NCBI GenBank assembly: GCA_035262305.1
Contig: DATFTC010000425.1
Coordinates: forward strand, 1 to 64,000
Reading direction: 5' to 3'
Origin: Myxococcaceae bacterium
GTDB lineage: Bacteria > Myxococcota > Myxococcia > Myxococcales > Myxococcaceae
DNA length: 64,000 bases
The position numbers and the translations under genes are program-made. Below, one piece after another: positions 28,371 to 38,431 of this stretch; positions within the stretch are counted from its first letter, which is position 1; each line of letters opens with the position of its first letter. The notes under the pieces are model-generated. The model saw only the letters and a list, made by a program, of their open reading frames with translations, searched no databases and was not told the origin of the DNA.

Positions 28371-29126
28371 TCATTCTTTCAGCAGCTGGGCGCAGATTTT
28401 CAGGACTTCGATGCGAGCGTACTTTTTATCAACCGATGGTATCGCATACCACGGCGCATCCGGGCGATGTGTGCGATCAAACATCTCCTGAATCGCCGCT
28501 TCGTAGTCCCTCCACCTCTTGCGATTGCGCCAATCGTCGGGAGTGATCTTGTAACGCTTCATCCGATCGTGCTCCCGATCTTTGAATCGGTCGAGTTGGG
28601 TCTTCCGGTTGATGTGCAAGAAGAATTTGGCCATCTTGACTCCGTCGTCCGTGAGCGTCTTCTCGAAGGCGTTGATCTCATCGTACGCGCGGCGCCACTC
28701 CTCCTCGCTGGCGAACCGCTCCACGCGCTCCACCAGGACTCGTCCGTACCAACTGCGGTCGAACACGGCGAGCTCGCCTTTCTCCGGAGCTCGATCCCAA
28801 AACCGCCAAAGGTAATGCTGGCGCGCCTCCTCATCCCTCGGGGCAGCGATCGGCCAGACTTTGTAGCCTCGCGGATCCAACTCCATTGTCAGCCGTTTGA
28901 TCACGCCACCCTTGCCGGCCGCATCCCAACCCTCGAAGACGAATATGGCTCGACGCTGTTTCAGGTAGGCCTTGATTTGAAGGCCGAGCAGCTCCCGCTG
29001 AAGGGTGCGCAGCCGATCCTCGTAGTCGATATGAGGATCCAGCTTCGTGCTCAAGTCCACCTGGTCCAGCCGCAGTGTGCCCGGAGGGTGGACTTTGTAC
29101 TCATAGCATTCGACGCGCGGCTTCAC
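28371..29126 (-). CDS. ppk2: Polyphosphate kinase 2 (PPK2, class I size).
   Basis: FEGWDAAGKGGVIKRL Walker A typical of PPK2, plus a ...DRSWYGR... lid region. 251 aa. Confidence 0.75.
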   Translation of the reverse strand: MKPRVECYEYKVHPPGTLRLDQVDLSTKLDPHIDYEDRLRTLQRELLGLQIKAYLKQRRAIFVFEGWDAAGKGGVIKRLTMELDPRGYKVWPIAAPRDEEARQHYLWRFWDRAPEKGELAVFDRSWYGRVLVERVERFASEEEWRRAYDEINAFEKTLTDDGVKMAKFFLHINRKTQLDRFKDREHDRMKRYKITPDDWRNRKRWRDYEAAIQEMFDRTHRPDAPWYAIPSVDKKYARIEVLKICAQLLKE

Positions 29127-29213
29127 TCTGGCCTGCTGAATATCATCCCTTCGTGCTTTGGCGAGTAGATGAAAGCGAGCACCCCGGCAATCCGAGATGT
29201 GACAAAGCTGCGA

Positions 29214-31016
29214 TCAGCGGCCCGATGCGGAAGCATCATCGATCGCGGAATGGGTCCCAGCCGATGCAGGTCTCGGTTCGACGGTGAAGTGGCTCGCCTC
29301 GCGCTCTGCCACTGTCTCGCCGTCTTCCGGAGGCTGGTCTCCGAGCCAGTGGGCCATGTCATCCGCCTGCCAGGTGTACGGATGACCGTTCAGCTTGACG
29401 CGACCTTCGGCGACGGCGTTGGTTGCCTCTAGCAAGCTCAGGCCTGAGAGGTCGCGGACGAGCGCCTCGAAACGACCCTGACGCTTGGCATTGATGAATC
29501 GACCGCGATGCCTGGCCGAGTAAGCGGTGTGGTACCAGGAGGGTCGAAAGGCAACGCCATCCAAATCAAGCCTTCGCGCGACCTGTGCGAGCAGCTCCAC
29601 CATGTCTCGAGCAAGTCCTAAGCCAGGCGCATCCTGACCCGGCAACTGCGGTCGATCGGCAGTAAAGCGAGCTCGCGGGTGGCGAAGAGCGAGCCAGTTG
29701 ACGAAGAGAAAATCCCACGACGCGATCCGCCGCCGCTCCAAGACTGCCTCGACAAGGACATGCTCTTTGCCGTCCGCGCGACCCAGAACGCGGAGGGCGT
29801 TGCCCGGCGAAGCACCCATCTCCAGGCGAATGTCGCTATAGCCAAGGCGCTCCAGATGCGACATCAGGCCGTATCGAGATAGGGCGTACTCGAGGCGCTC
29901 CCGCGAATAAAATCCAAGCGCGCGCGGCTCCTCGGCCGAGCGCTTCCACAGCGATTGTTCGAGCTCCTCGGCGCTGAGTGGCTCTCCCGCCCGCGGGGCA
30001 AACTGCTCCTCGCCGATGATGCGGCGCAAACGCGACGCCATCGGATCGTACCGAGCGCCGATGCGGGCGCGGGTTCGGCCGGCGAGAATGAAACCGACCT
30101 GGGCGAGGATTTTCCAAGCCTGAGGGTGGTAGCCTCCTCCGGGAAGCCAGACGCTCGGCAAGTGGGCGAAGTGTTGGGCCACGCGGATGTCGCGCTCGCG
30201 CGCGCCGTCCAGGGTCAGTCGGATCCTTCCCAGTCGATCCCCATCCAGCACGTCGCCGCCGGCGATCACGAACGCCAGCTCGCATCGGGGCATTCGAGAC
30301 ACGAGCGCGGCAAGCGCAGCCAGGTATTGATCATCCTTGCAGCCGGCGGGAAGCAGGATTTCGTCGACGCCGGCGATGGGTCCCCAGTCTGCTCCGGAGA
30401 TCGATCCCATCCAGACGCGTGGATCGGCGCGAAGGCATTCTGCCGTTCCATCGCCGGGATGCGCATCCAGGTCCAAAACATTGATCTGGCCGCGGAAGCC
30501 CTCTCTCCTGAGCGCCGCAATCGCGACCGCAATATCGTTGACGACGCACAACCCGCCGCCGTGATCCGGCGCCGCGTGGTGGAAGCCGCCGAGCGTGTTT
30601 AAGGTGGGACAACGGCCGGCGAGCGCAAGGCGCGCCGCTTCAACAGTGCCTCCGCAAGCAATGCGCGCGGTTCGCAGCACGTGATCGACCGGCACCTCCG
30701 AGGCGTCAACCGCGAAGATTCGAGCCAGAGTCTCCGACCGCGAAAGTGACTCCAGATACTCGGGCGTGTGCACGAGCATCAGCTCGGCGTAGCTTGCCGG
30801 CCTGGGGTGGCGCAGCTGCTCCCCCGGCACTACTCGATAATCTGCCAAGCACCAGGCGACGAGGTCGGCTCGCCGCAGCTCGATGCCCGTCGTGTGCTCC
30901 AAGCTGGGGAGCGGAAGGCGATAGGCGCGATCATAAAAGACCGCCAGCTCGCGACGCCGGAGGTGCCGCTCGATCCGATCGACCCAAGAGAGGAGATTGT
31001 CCTGGGCGCCCGCCAA
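29214..31016 (-). CDS. Histone-deacetylase-family (arginase/deacetylase fold) amidohydrolase fused to an uncharacterised ~280-aa C-terminal domain.
   Basis: GFHHAAPDHGGGLCVVNDIAV (His-His dyad), DLDAHPGDG (zinc ligands), GGGYHP. The C-terminal half (from about residue 320) has no motif I recognise. Confidence 0.6.
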   Translation of the reverse strand: MAGAQDNLLSWVDRIERHLRRRELAVFYDRAYRLPLPSLEHTTGIELRRADLVAWCLADYRVVPGEQLRHPRPASYAELMLVHTPEYLESLSRSETLARIFAVDASEVPVDHVLRTARIACGGTVEAARLALAGRCPTLNTLGGFHHAAPDHGGGLCVVNDIAVAIAALRREGFRGQINVLDLDAHPGDGTAECLRADPRVWMGSISGADWGPIAGVDEILLPAGCKDDQYLAALAALVSRMPRCELAFVIAGGDVLDGDRLGRIRLTLDGARERDIRVAQHFAHLPSVWLPGGGYHPQAWKILAQVGFILAGRTRARIGARYDPMASRLRRIIGEEQFAPRAGEPLSAEELEQSLWKRSAEEPRALGFYSRERLEYALSRYGLMSHLERLGYSDIRLEMGASPGNALRVLGRADGKEHVLVEAVLERRRIASWDFLFVNWLALRHPRARFTADRPQLPGQDAPGLGLARDMVELLAQVARRLDLDGVAFRPSWYHTAYSARHRGRFINAKRQGRFEALVRDLSGLSLLEATNAVAEGRVKLNGHPYTWQADDMAHWLGDQPPEDGETVAEREASHFTVEPRPASAGTHSAIDDASASGR

Positions 31017-31100
31017 CCGGGATCGAAGGCGCGAGCCCCTCGACCAGGGTGCGCCTAGCGACGATGCTCGTTCACCGGTCGTTCGCCCAGCTCCGAATGG

Positions 31101-31583
31101 CTATTCCTTTGCCTGCGAGTGGGCCTCGACGAACCAAAGCCACTTGTCGAGGCCTCGCGATATCTCTGTAAACAAATCCGTTGTATCGACGTCGCCGATT
31201 CGATCAGCGTCGGAGATGGCCTGGCGAACGTTCTTGCCGAAAGCTGCGAGCGCAGCGGTCAGGGCCGTTACGTGTTCCTTGCCCGTGGAGGCCTGCAGCG
31301 GGTACTCGGAAAGAGTGGAGCGCTTCGCAATGCTGCGCGCCGTCCCCTCGACAGTACCGCCGAGCTGAACCGCTCGTTCGGCGATTTCATCGACGTACTC
31401 TTCGACAGCCTCGTTGACCTCGTCGAAGAGTTTGTGAAGCGAGATGAAATGGGGGCCCTTTACGCTCCAGTGCGCTTGCTTCACCTGCGTTTGTAGGTCG
31501 ATAGCGTCGGCGAGGCGCGCATTCAGAAGACGTACGGCCTCGCTGCGAACCTTCTCCGACAAATCGTTGGCGGTGGGGTACAT
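31101..31583 (-). CDS. dps: Dps (DNA protection during starvation; ferritin-like).
   Basis: HWSVKGPHFISLHKLFDE...IAERAVQLGG matches the Dps ferroxidase-site region. 160 aa. AAGGAGAGAG RBS. Confidence 0.8.
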   Translation of the reverse strand: MYPTANDLSEKVRSEAVRLLNARLADAIDLQTQVKQAHWSVKGPHFISLHKLFDEVNEAVEEYVDEIAERAVQLGGTVEGTARSIAKRSTLSEYPLQASTGKEHVTALTAALAAFGKNVRQAISDADRIGDVDTTDLFTEISRGLDKWLWFVEAHSQAKE

Positions 31584-31658
31584 ATCTCTCTCCTTAGCGA
31601 TTGATTGAGTGTCCCCGTTGGGTAGCGGCTAAGGACTGCGATTGCAAATGGAATGGAG

Positions 31659-32618
31659 CTACGGGTTGTACGCCTCGACGGAGCTCAGGATTGAGGCGTC
31701 CTGGCCACCGATGGCATAGATACGACCGTCTGGCCCCAGCGCTGCCCCCAACGTGGATCGCCCCGCGTTCATCGAAGCCACGAAGGTCCAGGTGTCGTTA
31801 CTCGGATCGTAAGCCTCGGCGCTGGTCGGTGCGCCCGCGCCGACGCTCCCTCCGATGGCGTAGATCCGGCCATCGGCCCCGATCGAGCCGGCGACGGCAT
31901 AACGGACGACGTTCATGTCCGAGATCGCACTCCAGCTGTCCGTCGTCGGATCGTAAACGTCCCCGGATTGCGAATAATCGTCGCCGCCGCCTTCCTCGGC
32001 GTAGCCGCCGAACACATAGATGCGACCGTCCGGACCGGTCACGCACCCAAAATCAGACCGAGGCCGCGGCATGTCGGCGCCGCGGTACCAGCGATCTGTG
32101 CTCGGGTCGTAGATGTCCACATTTGGGATCGGATCGCCGAACATTCCGCCTCCGATGACAAACATTCTGCCGTCGGGCGCAGTAGCTGCGGACTGGCCTT
32201 GTCGCGGGGTGGGAATGTCAGCCCGCCGGCTCCAGTAGTTGAAGATGGGATCATAGACCTCGACGGAGGGCTCGAAGAATGGAAATCCCTGGTGATACCC
32301 GCTGAAAACATAGATGCGACCGTCATTGCTGACCGCCGTTCCAAAGTGTCGGCGGAGCGCCGAGATGGAGGCCACCTGGGTCCAGCTGTCAGAGCCCGTG
32401 TCGTAGGCGAAGACGGAGGTAACCTGGGGCATGTACTGGTTGCCGCCGGCGATGGCGTAGATGCGGCCATCCCCGGCGGTAGCGGCGCCCAGCTCCCATT
32501 TCTCCTCCGGCAGCGGTTGGACGAATGTCCAGCTGTCAGCGCGCGCCGCGGAGGTCGCCAACGCTGCGATGCCACAAAAACCAACGGCAAAAAGTCTCAT
32601 CGCTGTCCTCCCCGTCAA
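31659..32618 (-). CDS. Secreted kelch-repeat beta-propeller protein.
   Basis: Signal peptide, then six repeats of the DGRIY(A/V)(I/F)GG... kelch type (GDGRIYAIAGG, NDGRIYVFSGY, PDGRMFVIGGG, PDGRIYVFGGY, ADGRIYAIGGS, PDGRIYAIGGQ). Confidence 0.65.
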   Translation of the reverse strand: MTGRTAMRLFAVGFCGIAALATSAARADSWTFVQPLPEEKWELGAATAGDGRIYAIAGGNQYMPQVTSVFAYDTGSDSWTQVASISALRRHFGTAVSNDGRIYVFSGYHQGFPFFEPSVEVYDPIFNYWSRRADIPTPRQGQSAATAPDGRMFVIGGGMFGDPIPNVDIYDPSTDRWYRGADMPRPRSDFGCVTGPDGRIYVFGGYAEEGGGDDYSQSGDVYDPTTDSWSAISDMNVVRYAVAGSIGADGRIYAIGGSVGAGAPTSAEAYDPSNDTWTFVASMNAGRSTLGAALGPDGRIYAIGGQDASILSSVEAYNP

Positions 32619-32664
32619 GATGGTTTGAGCGGGCTCGCCGATTGCGTATTGATATGGCAGCTCG

Positions 32665-34101
32665 ATGTCAATCTCGAAGCAACCGATTTCGGAGCAGCGC
32701 TCCTCTAACGCCGATATTTACGAGCGAATGGACGCAGCCACAGGCAAGGTGGATCAACCGCGGCCGCTGCGCGTTCTCGTGGTCGACGACGAGCGCAACA
32801 TTCGCGCCACCCTTCGCATATGCCTCGAGGGGTTGGGGTGCAGCGTGAGCGAGGCGGCGACGCCGGAACGAGCCATCGCGTCGATCAGCCAACAAGCGGC
32901 CGACCTCGCCTTCGTCGATCTTCGCCTTGGCTCCGAGAACGGCCTGGATCTCATCCCCAAGCTGTTGGCGGAAAACCCCGGGCTGGACATCGTGCTGATC
33001 ACCGCCTACGCCAGCTTTGACACCGCAGTGGAAGGAATCAAGCGGGGCGCGCGCGACTACCTCCCCAAGCCGTTCACGCCGGCGCAGATCCGCCACGTGG
33101 TGGAGAGAGTTCAGTCTCACCACGAGACGGAGCGAAAGCTGAGCGAGCTCGAGCGACAGCTGGCGAAGCTTGCGCCTCAACCGATTTTTGAGACCCAATC
33201 TCCGAAGATGCAGGCGGCGCTGGCGGTCATTTCGCGGGCGGCGAACTCCGAGGCCACGGTGCTCTTTTCGGGCGAGAGCGGAACGGGGAAGGGAGTTCTT
33301 GCCCACGCGCTTCATGCCGCCAGCGCGCGCCGGGAAGGTCCGTTCATCACCGTGAATTGTCCGGCGCTCTCCGAGCAACTGCTCACGAGCGAGCTTTTCG
33401 GCCACGCGCGCGGCGCATTCACCGGGGCGGTGAAGGATCAGCCCGGCCGCGTGGAGCAAGCGGAAGGGGGAACGCTTTTCCTGGACGAGGTAGGGGAGCT
33501 CGGCAGCGGCCTGCAGAGTCAGCTCCTCCGATTTTTGCAGGATAAGGTTTTCGAGCGCCTCGGGGAAGGCAGAACGCGCCGCGCGGACGTCCGAGTGGTG
33601 TCCGCGACCAATCGAGATCTCGAGCAGGACGTGAACGGAGGGCGTTTCCGAGATGACTTGCTTTACCGGCTGAACGTGGTGGAGGTGAAGCTGCCCGCGC
33701 TTCGCGATCGCCGCGAGGACATCGTGCCTTTGGCCCGCCAGTTCTTGGCCTTTTTCAGAAGGGCGTCGAAGCGGCCTCGCCTCGAGCTCTCCTCCGCGAC
33801 CGAGGAAGTGTTGAAAGCGTACTCCTGGCCGGGCAATCTTCGCGAGCTGCGCAATGCGATCGAGCGAGCGGTCATTCTCTGGCCTTCGGACGTGGTGGAG
33901 CCGCAGGCGTTTCCGGAGCGAATATCCGCTGTCAATCGAAAGGAGATCGGTTTGGGAGGAGCGCACTCGCTGGAGGAGATCGAGCGCGAGCACATCCTCC
34001 GCGTCCTGGAGCGATCCACCAATCTCGAGGAAGCGGCGCGAACGCTCGGCATCGACGTCTCCACGCTGTGGCGCAAACGGCGCAAGTACGAAAGCGGTTG
34101 A
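32665..34101 (+). CDS. Sigma-54-dependent response regulator (NtrC family): receiver + AAA+ + Fis-type HTH.
   Basis: [16 protein letters not shown] receiver, [15 protein letters not shown] Walker A, GAFTGA sigma-54 contact motif, ESACT-like region, C-terminal HTH. The start may instead be the downstream ATG (MDAATGK). Confidence 0.8.
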   Translation: MSISKQPISEQRSSNADIYERMDAATGKVDQPRPLRVLVVDDERNIRATLRICLEGLGCSVSEAATPERAIASISQQAADLAFVDLRLGSENGLDLIPKLLAENPGLDIVLITAYASFDTAVEGIKRGARDYLPKPFTPAQIRHVVERVQSHHETERKLSELERQLAKLAPQPIFETQSPKMQAALAVISRAANSEATVLFSGESGTGKGVLAHALHAASARREGPFITVNCPALSEQLLTSELFGHARGAFTGAVKDQPGRVEQAEGGTLFLDEVGELGSGLQSQLLRFLQDKVFERLGEGRTRRADVRVVSATNRDLEQDVNGGRFRDDLLYRLNVVEVKLPALRDRREDIVPLARQFLAFFRRASKRPRLELSSATEEVLKAYSWPGNLRELRNAIERAVILWPSDVVEPQAFPERISAVNRKEIGLGGAHSLEEIEREHILRVLERSTNLEEAARTLGIDVSTLWRKRRKYESG

Positions 34102-35937
34102 TCAAACTCCAGTTCGTGCCCGAGGCAAGGTGAACCAGAAGGTGCTGCCGTACCCCGGTCTGCTTTCAAGGCCGATTTCGCCGCCGTGCGCCTCGACGAT
34201 CTCGCGCGAGATCGACAGGCCGAGCCCGGCGCCGCCCGACGCGCTTCCGGGGACGCGGAAAAACTTCTCGAATACCCGCTTCTGGTATTCGGGCGGAATG
34301 CCTTCGCCGCTATCGGTGACCTCGAAGCGGGTCGACCCACCGGAGCGGCCGACGCGAATGCTGACGCGGCCTCCCTCAGGCGTATGTCGAATGGCATTGC
34401 TGATCAGGTTGTTCAAAACAAGCCCGACTCGATCGGGGTCGAGTTCGAGCTGATCGACATCCGCCGCGATTGAGGTCTCCAGGTGGATGTCCTTTTGATC
34501 GGCCGAGAATTCCTGGGACGCGATGGCCTTCGACAAAAGCTCGGCAGCGGAAATCGGCCGGACCTGGAGCTCGAGCCTTCCGGACTGAATGCTGGAAAGG
34601 TCCAGCAGATCATCGACGATGCCCTGCAGCCGTTCGCAATCCTGACGCGCGGAAGCGAGCAGCTCGGCCTGCTTAGGGGTGAGCGGCCCCACGGCCTCTT
34701 CGGCGACCAAGTGGATCGCCATTCGAAGCGACGTGAGCGGGGTGCGAAACTCGTGGGCCACGGTGGCGACGAGATCATTTTTCAGCTCATCGAACCGCTT
34801 GAGGCGAGTGACATCCTGAAGGATGACGGTGGCGGCGCTGATCCCGGATGCCTCGGCGTAAACCGGAGAGGCTCGCGGCAGGAAAAAGCGCGCGCCCTCG
34901 GGTAGGTCGACTCGCACCGCCTCCTCGTAGCCGCGCGGCACGTATGCGCCCTTGCCTCCGAGGACGTGGGCGCGCGCCCGCTCGAGGACCTCGCGCAGGT
35001 CGGGTGAGAGGCGAGCCAACGGATCTCCAGCGGCGTCGAGCGACAGCCCCAGAGCCCCTTCCGCGCTCTTGTTCACATTGACTATCGCGCCCTGCGCCCC
35101 GAAGACGATCACCGGGTCCGGCAGGCTGTCGATTGCTGCTTGAGATGCCTGCTGCGCTTGAAGAAGCTCGCCCAGCGAGCTTTCGCGGTATCCCTTGAGG
35201 CGGTCGGCCATCGCGTTGAAATCAGCGGCCAGCTGACCAATTTCGCCGCCTTCAGCCACTCGCGCGCGAGCCTCCAAGTCGCCCTGTCCCAAGCGGCGAA
35301 CCGCCTGGCTCAGAATGGAAACCGGCCTCAGAGCGCGGGCAGTCAGCGCGCTGGAGAGCCACAGACCTGTCACCAAGGCAGCGAAAACCCCGAAGATGGT
35401 TAGTTGTCGAACCTGCTCACCGCGCCGACGAAGGGCGTCGCTCTTCTGGACCATCGCGTCCTGGTTGAGGTCCAAGATCACGTCTGCGGCATCCTTCACT
35501 TCGACGAAACTCGGATTCAGAGTTGAAATGTAGGCTTGCTTGAGCGAGTTCGGATCGGTGTGCTCTTTGAAATCATCGAACTCTGCTTGATATCGCTCCC
35601 AGAGCTGTCGCAATCGTCGGGTGGCCTCCACTTCTCCCGGCTCGGTGATGTTCCCTTCCTGGACCCGAAGCTCGGTCTCGAACTTCGGTCGAAACTGCTC
35701 CGCTTGGCGCAGCCCACGCTCGCGCTCACCGATGACGAGAAACATCGCGGCGCTGTCGATTCGCTCGATTGCCTCCTTCATCCGCTGCGCCGCCAGCACG
35801 CTGCGAAAGTTATCCTTGAGAATGTTTGTGCCCGAGCGCTCCAGCTCGCCGATGGTGATCACCGCCACCGTCCCGACCAACACCAACGCCAGCGCCAGAG
35901 GACCCTGGGCGATCAGCAGCTGCGTTCGCAGTTTCAT
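34102..35937 (-). CDS. Sensor histidine kinase: N-terminal TM/sensor, HAMP, PAS-like and HisKA-HATPase domains.
   Basis: TM helices at the N-terminus, H-box VAHEFRTPLTSL, N/G-boxes (LVLNNLISNAIRHTPEGG, DSGEGIPPE, GGAGLGLSI). Confidence 0.75.
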   Translation of the reverse strand: MKLRTQLLIAQGPLALALVLVGTVAVITIGELERSGTNILKDNFRSVLAAQRMKEAIERIDSAAMFLVIGERERGLRQAEQFRPKFETELRVQEGNITEPGEVEATRRLRQLWERYQAEFDDFKEHTDPNSLKQAYISTLNPSFVEVKDAADVILDLNQDAMVQKSDALRRRGEQVRQLTIFGVFAALVTGLWLSSALTARALRPVSILSQAVRRLGQGDLEARARVAEGGEIGQLAADFNAMADRLKGYRESSLGELLQAQQASQAAIDSLPDPVIVFGAQGAIVNVNKSAEGALGLSLDAAGDPLARLSPDLREVLERARAHVLGGKGAYVPRGYEEAVRVDLPEGARFFLPRASPVYAEASGISAATVILQDVTRLKRFDELKNDLVATVAHEFRTPLTSLRMAIHLVAEEAVGPLTPKQAELLASARQDCERLQGIVDDLLDLSSIQSGRLELQVRPISAAELLSKAIASQEFSADQKDIHLETSIAADVDQLELDPDRVGLVLNNLISNAIRHTPEGGRVSIRVGRSGGSTRFEVTDSGEGIPPEYQKRVFEKFFRVPGSASGGAGLGLSISREIVEAHGGEIGLESRPGYGSTFWFTLPRARTGV

Positions 35938-35967
35938 TCGGCGCTTAGGCCACGCTGGATGACACGC

Positions 35968-37014
35968 TCAGTATCCATCCGTCGCTGGTTTGAGCGTCAC
36001 CTTTCCACGAAACGAGCGGAACAGGTACACAAAATAGGCGATGGCCAGCAGCACCGCGGGGATCCACCATACCAGACCGATCAAGAGCCCGGTTCGTCCG
36101 CTCGAAGAGTTCCACACGGTGAGGCTGCTTGCCGGATCGAGCGTGCTGGGAAGAATCGTTGGGAACATCTCCGCGGCGGTAATCGCCAGCATCCCGGCGA
36201 TGAATCCCGCTGAACCCAAGAACGCGGACAACTCCTTGCGTCGTCCAAGCGACAGGTACACCACGGCCAGAGCTGCCACGGCGACCAAGAGCAACGGCCA
36301 GGTCCAAGGTCGGCTGATCAACATCTTGAAAATCGCAGGCTGGACGTATGAAGTGCCAATCGTGGCCACGATGGCCATGGGTAGCACCAGGATCCAGATG
36401 CGCCTCGCCAGCCGTTCGCTTCGCTGCGCGACGGTGCCGCTGGTCTTCCAGAACAAGAACAACGCGCCATGTCCGGCAAGAACCAGGGCCACGAAAACCG
36501 CGACCAAAATGGTGTACCAATCCAGCGCCCCCGGCTCCGGCCCAGTGCGGAAATCGGTGAACAGCGGAGCGCGAAAGTAGCCGGTTGAATCAAGCGGGAC
36601 GCCGCGGATCAGATTTCCCAGCGATGCGCCCAAAACAAGCGCGATCAGCAGCGACGCCAAGGCGAATGTCGCATCCCAGAAGCTTCGCCAGAGCGGGTTT
36701 GATTGGTGCGATCGAAATTCTATCGACACACCGCGAAGGATGAGCAGCCAGAGGACGATCATCAGCGGCAAGTAAAACCCGCTGAAGGCCACCGAATAGA
36801 CCCGCGGGAATGCAAACACCAACGTGCCACCTGCGGCAACCAGCCACACTTCATTTCCGTCCCAAAACGGACCGATGGCGGAAAGGACAGTGCGCCGCTC
36901 ATCGTCTGTTTTGGCGACGAAAAGATGGAGAATGCCAGCGCCGAAATCGAATCCATCGAGGACGACATAGACCGTGAGCATGAAGGCAATCAGCACGAAC
37001 CAGGCGGCTTCCAT
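35968..37014 (-). CDS. cydB: Cytochrome bd ubiquinol oxidase subunit II.
   Basis: MEAAWFVLIAFMLTVYVVLDGFDFGAGILH is the canonical CydB N-terminus. It lies 10 nt downstream of cydA. Confidence 0.8.
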   Translation of the reverse strand: MEAAWFVLIAFMLTVYVVLDGFDFGAGILHLFVAKTDDERRTVLSAIGPFWDGNEVWLVAAGGTLVFAFPRVYSVAFSGFYLPLMIVLWLLILRGVSIEFRSHQSNPLWRSFWDATFALASLLIALVLGASLGNLIRGVPLDSTGYFRAPLFTDFRTGPEPGALDWYTILVAVFVALVLAGHGALFLFWKTSGTVAQRSERLARRIWILVLPMAIVATIGTSYVQPAIFKMLISRPWTWPLLLVAVAALAVVYLSLGRRKELSAFLGSAGFIAGMLAITAAEMFPTILPSTLDPASSLTVWNSSSGRTGLLIGLVWWIPAVLLAIAYFVYLFRSFRGKVTLKPATDGY

Positions 37015-37024
37015 CGGTGTCTCG

Positions 37025-38362
37025 CTAAGCGCTTGCCGGCTTGCTGCGGGAGACTGGGCCGTGCGCAATCTCCCTGCCGACCAAATAAAGAAATACAATT
37101 CCAAGGACGAGATAAAGGCCCAAGTAACCCAAGGTGGAGAACGCTACCGTCCCGCCGCTCACATTCGGCGAAGTGCCGTGGTCGGTGCGTTGCAAGCCAT
37201 AGACGATCCAGGGCTGCCGCCCGAGCTCTGCCGTCATCCAGCCGGCGGTAGTCGCAATGTATGGGAATGGAGCGGAAAGCATTAAAATCCACAGCATCGG
37301 CCGGAAACGGTACAGAGCGCCCTTCCAGAGCAGAATGCCGGCGCAGGCCATCACTGCGATGAATATCGTGCCCAGCCCAACCATCACGTGATACATGTAA
37401 TAAAGCAGCTCAACGTTGTCGGGCCACAGCTCTCTTGGAAAGTCCTCCAGACCATACACAGTGGCGCCGAACGATCCATAGGCGAGAAAGCTCAGCACGT
37501 CCGGCACGATCAGAGGGTTGTCCAAACGATGAGCAGCGACGTCTGGTTGCCCGATGATCACCAGCTCGGCTCGAGCGCTGCTCTGGAATTTGCCCTCCAT
37601 CGCTGCCAGCGTGGGCCGCTGGTGGTCAGCGACCAACCGCCCATGCCGGTCGCCGGTGGGGAAGAGCTGTAAGAAGGAAGCGATCAAACCGGCGATCACC
37701 CCAATCCGCAGGCAGATTCGCGCATGCGGCTGGTGCAGGTTCATCAGAGCCCAGTAAGCGCCAATCGCGCAGACGACGAAAGATGAGGTGATCACCGCCG
37801 CGCTCATGGTATGCAAATACTCCCATATCGCCCAGGCATTGAAGAGATAGGACCAGACATCTGCCAGATGCAAGGCACCACCCGGGCCGACGACGTAACC
37901 GGTGGGATGCTGCATGAACGCATTGGTCACCACGATGAAGTATCCCGAGAGCCAGGAGCCTAGAAACAGCATCAGCGCAGCGCCGAAGTGACCCTTGGGT
38001 CCCAGTTTCTTCTCGCCAAAAAGGAAGAGCCCGAGAAAAGCCGACTCGGCGAAGAAAGCAAACATTCCTTCCATCGCTAGTGTGAGCCCGATCACGCCTC
38101 CGGCGAAGTCCGAAAAACGGGCCCAATTGGTGCCGAACTGGAACTCCATCGGAATTCCGGTCACCACGCCAACGGCGAAGTTGACGCCGAAGATCTTCGC
38201 CCAGAAGCGCGCCACCTCGTTGTGATGCTCATCGCCTGTCCGCAAGGCGATGAGCTTGAAGACCACGATGAGCAAGGCGAGGCCCATCGTGAGCTGCGGA
38301 AAAAGGTAATGATAGGTGATGGTGAACCCGAACTGGAATCGATCCCAAGCGAGGGCGTCCAT
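37025..38362 (-). CDS. cydA: Cytochrome bd ubiquinol oxidase subunit I.
   Basis: MDALAWDRFQFGFTITYHYLFPQLTMGLAL, plus a Q-loop region with ...GQPDVAAHRLDNP...; typical CydA. Confidence 0.85.
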   Translation of the reverse strand: MDALAWDRFQFGFTITYHYLFPQLTMGLALLIVVFKLIALRTGDEHHNEVARFWAKIFGVNFAVGVVTGIPMEFQFGTNWARFSDFAGGVIGLTLAMEGMFAFFAESAFLGLFLFGEKKLGPKGHFGAALMLFLGSWLSGYFIVVTNAFMQHPTGYVVGPGGALHLADVWSYLFNAWAIWEYLHTMSAAVITSSFVVCAIGAYWALMNLHQPHARICLRIGVIAGLIASFLQLFPTGDRHGRLVADHQRPTLAAMEGKFQSSARAELVIIGQPDVAAHRLDNPLIVPDVLSFLAYGSFGATVYGLEDFPRELWPDNVELLYYMYHVMVGLGTIFIAVMACAGILLWKGALYRFRPMLWILMLSAPFPYIATTAGWMTAELGRQPWIVYGLQRTDHGTSPNVSGGTVAFSTLGYLGLYLVLGIVFLYLVGREIAHGPVSRSKPASA

Positions 38363-38431
38363 GGCGCATCTATAATCGACGCTCCGTAGGCGCTCAATTC
38401 GTCACTGCGCGGAGGGGGCGCTGCGTGCGCT

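Noticed and set aside
32668-33993. 441-aa minus-strand ORF.
   Set aside because: It is antisense to the well-supported sigma-54 response regulator (receiver, Walker A, GAFTGA). This is a shadow ORF.
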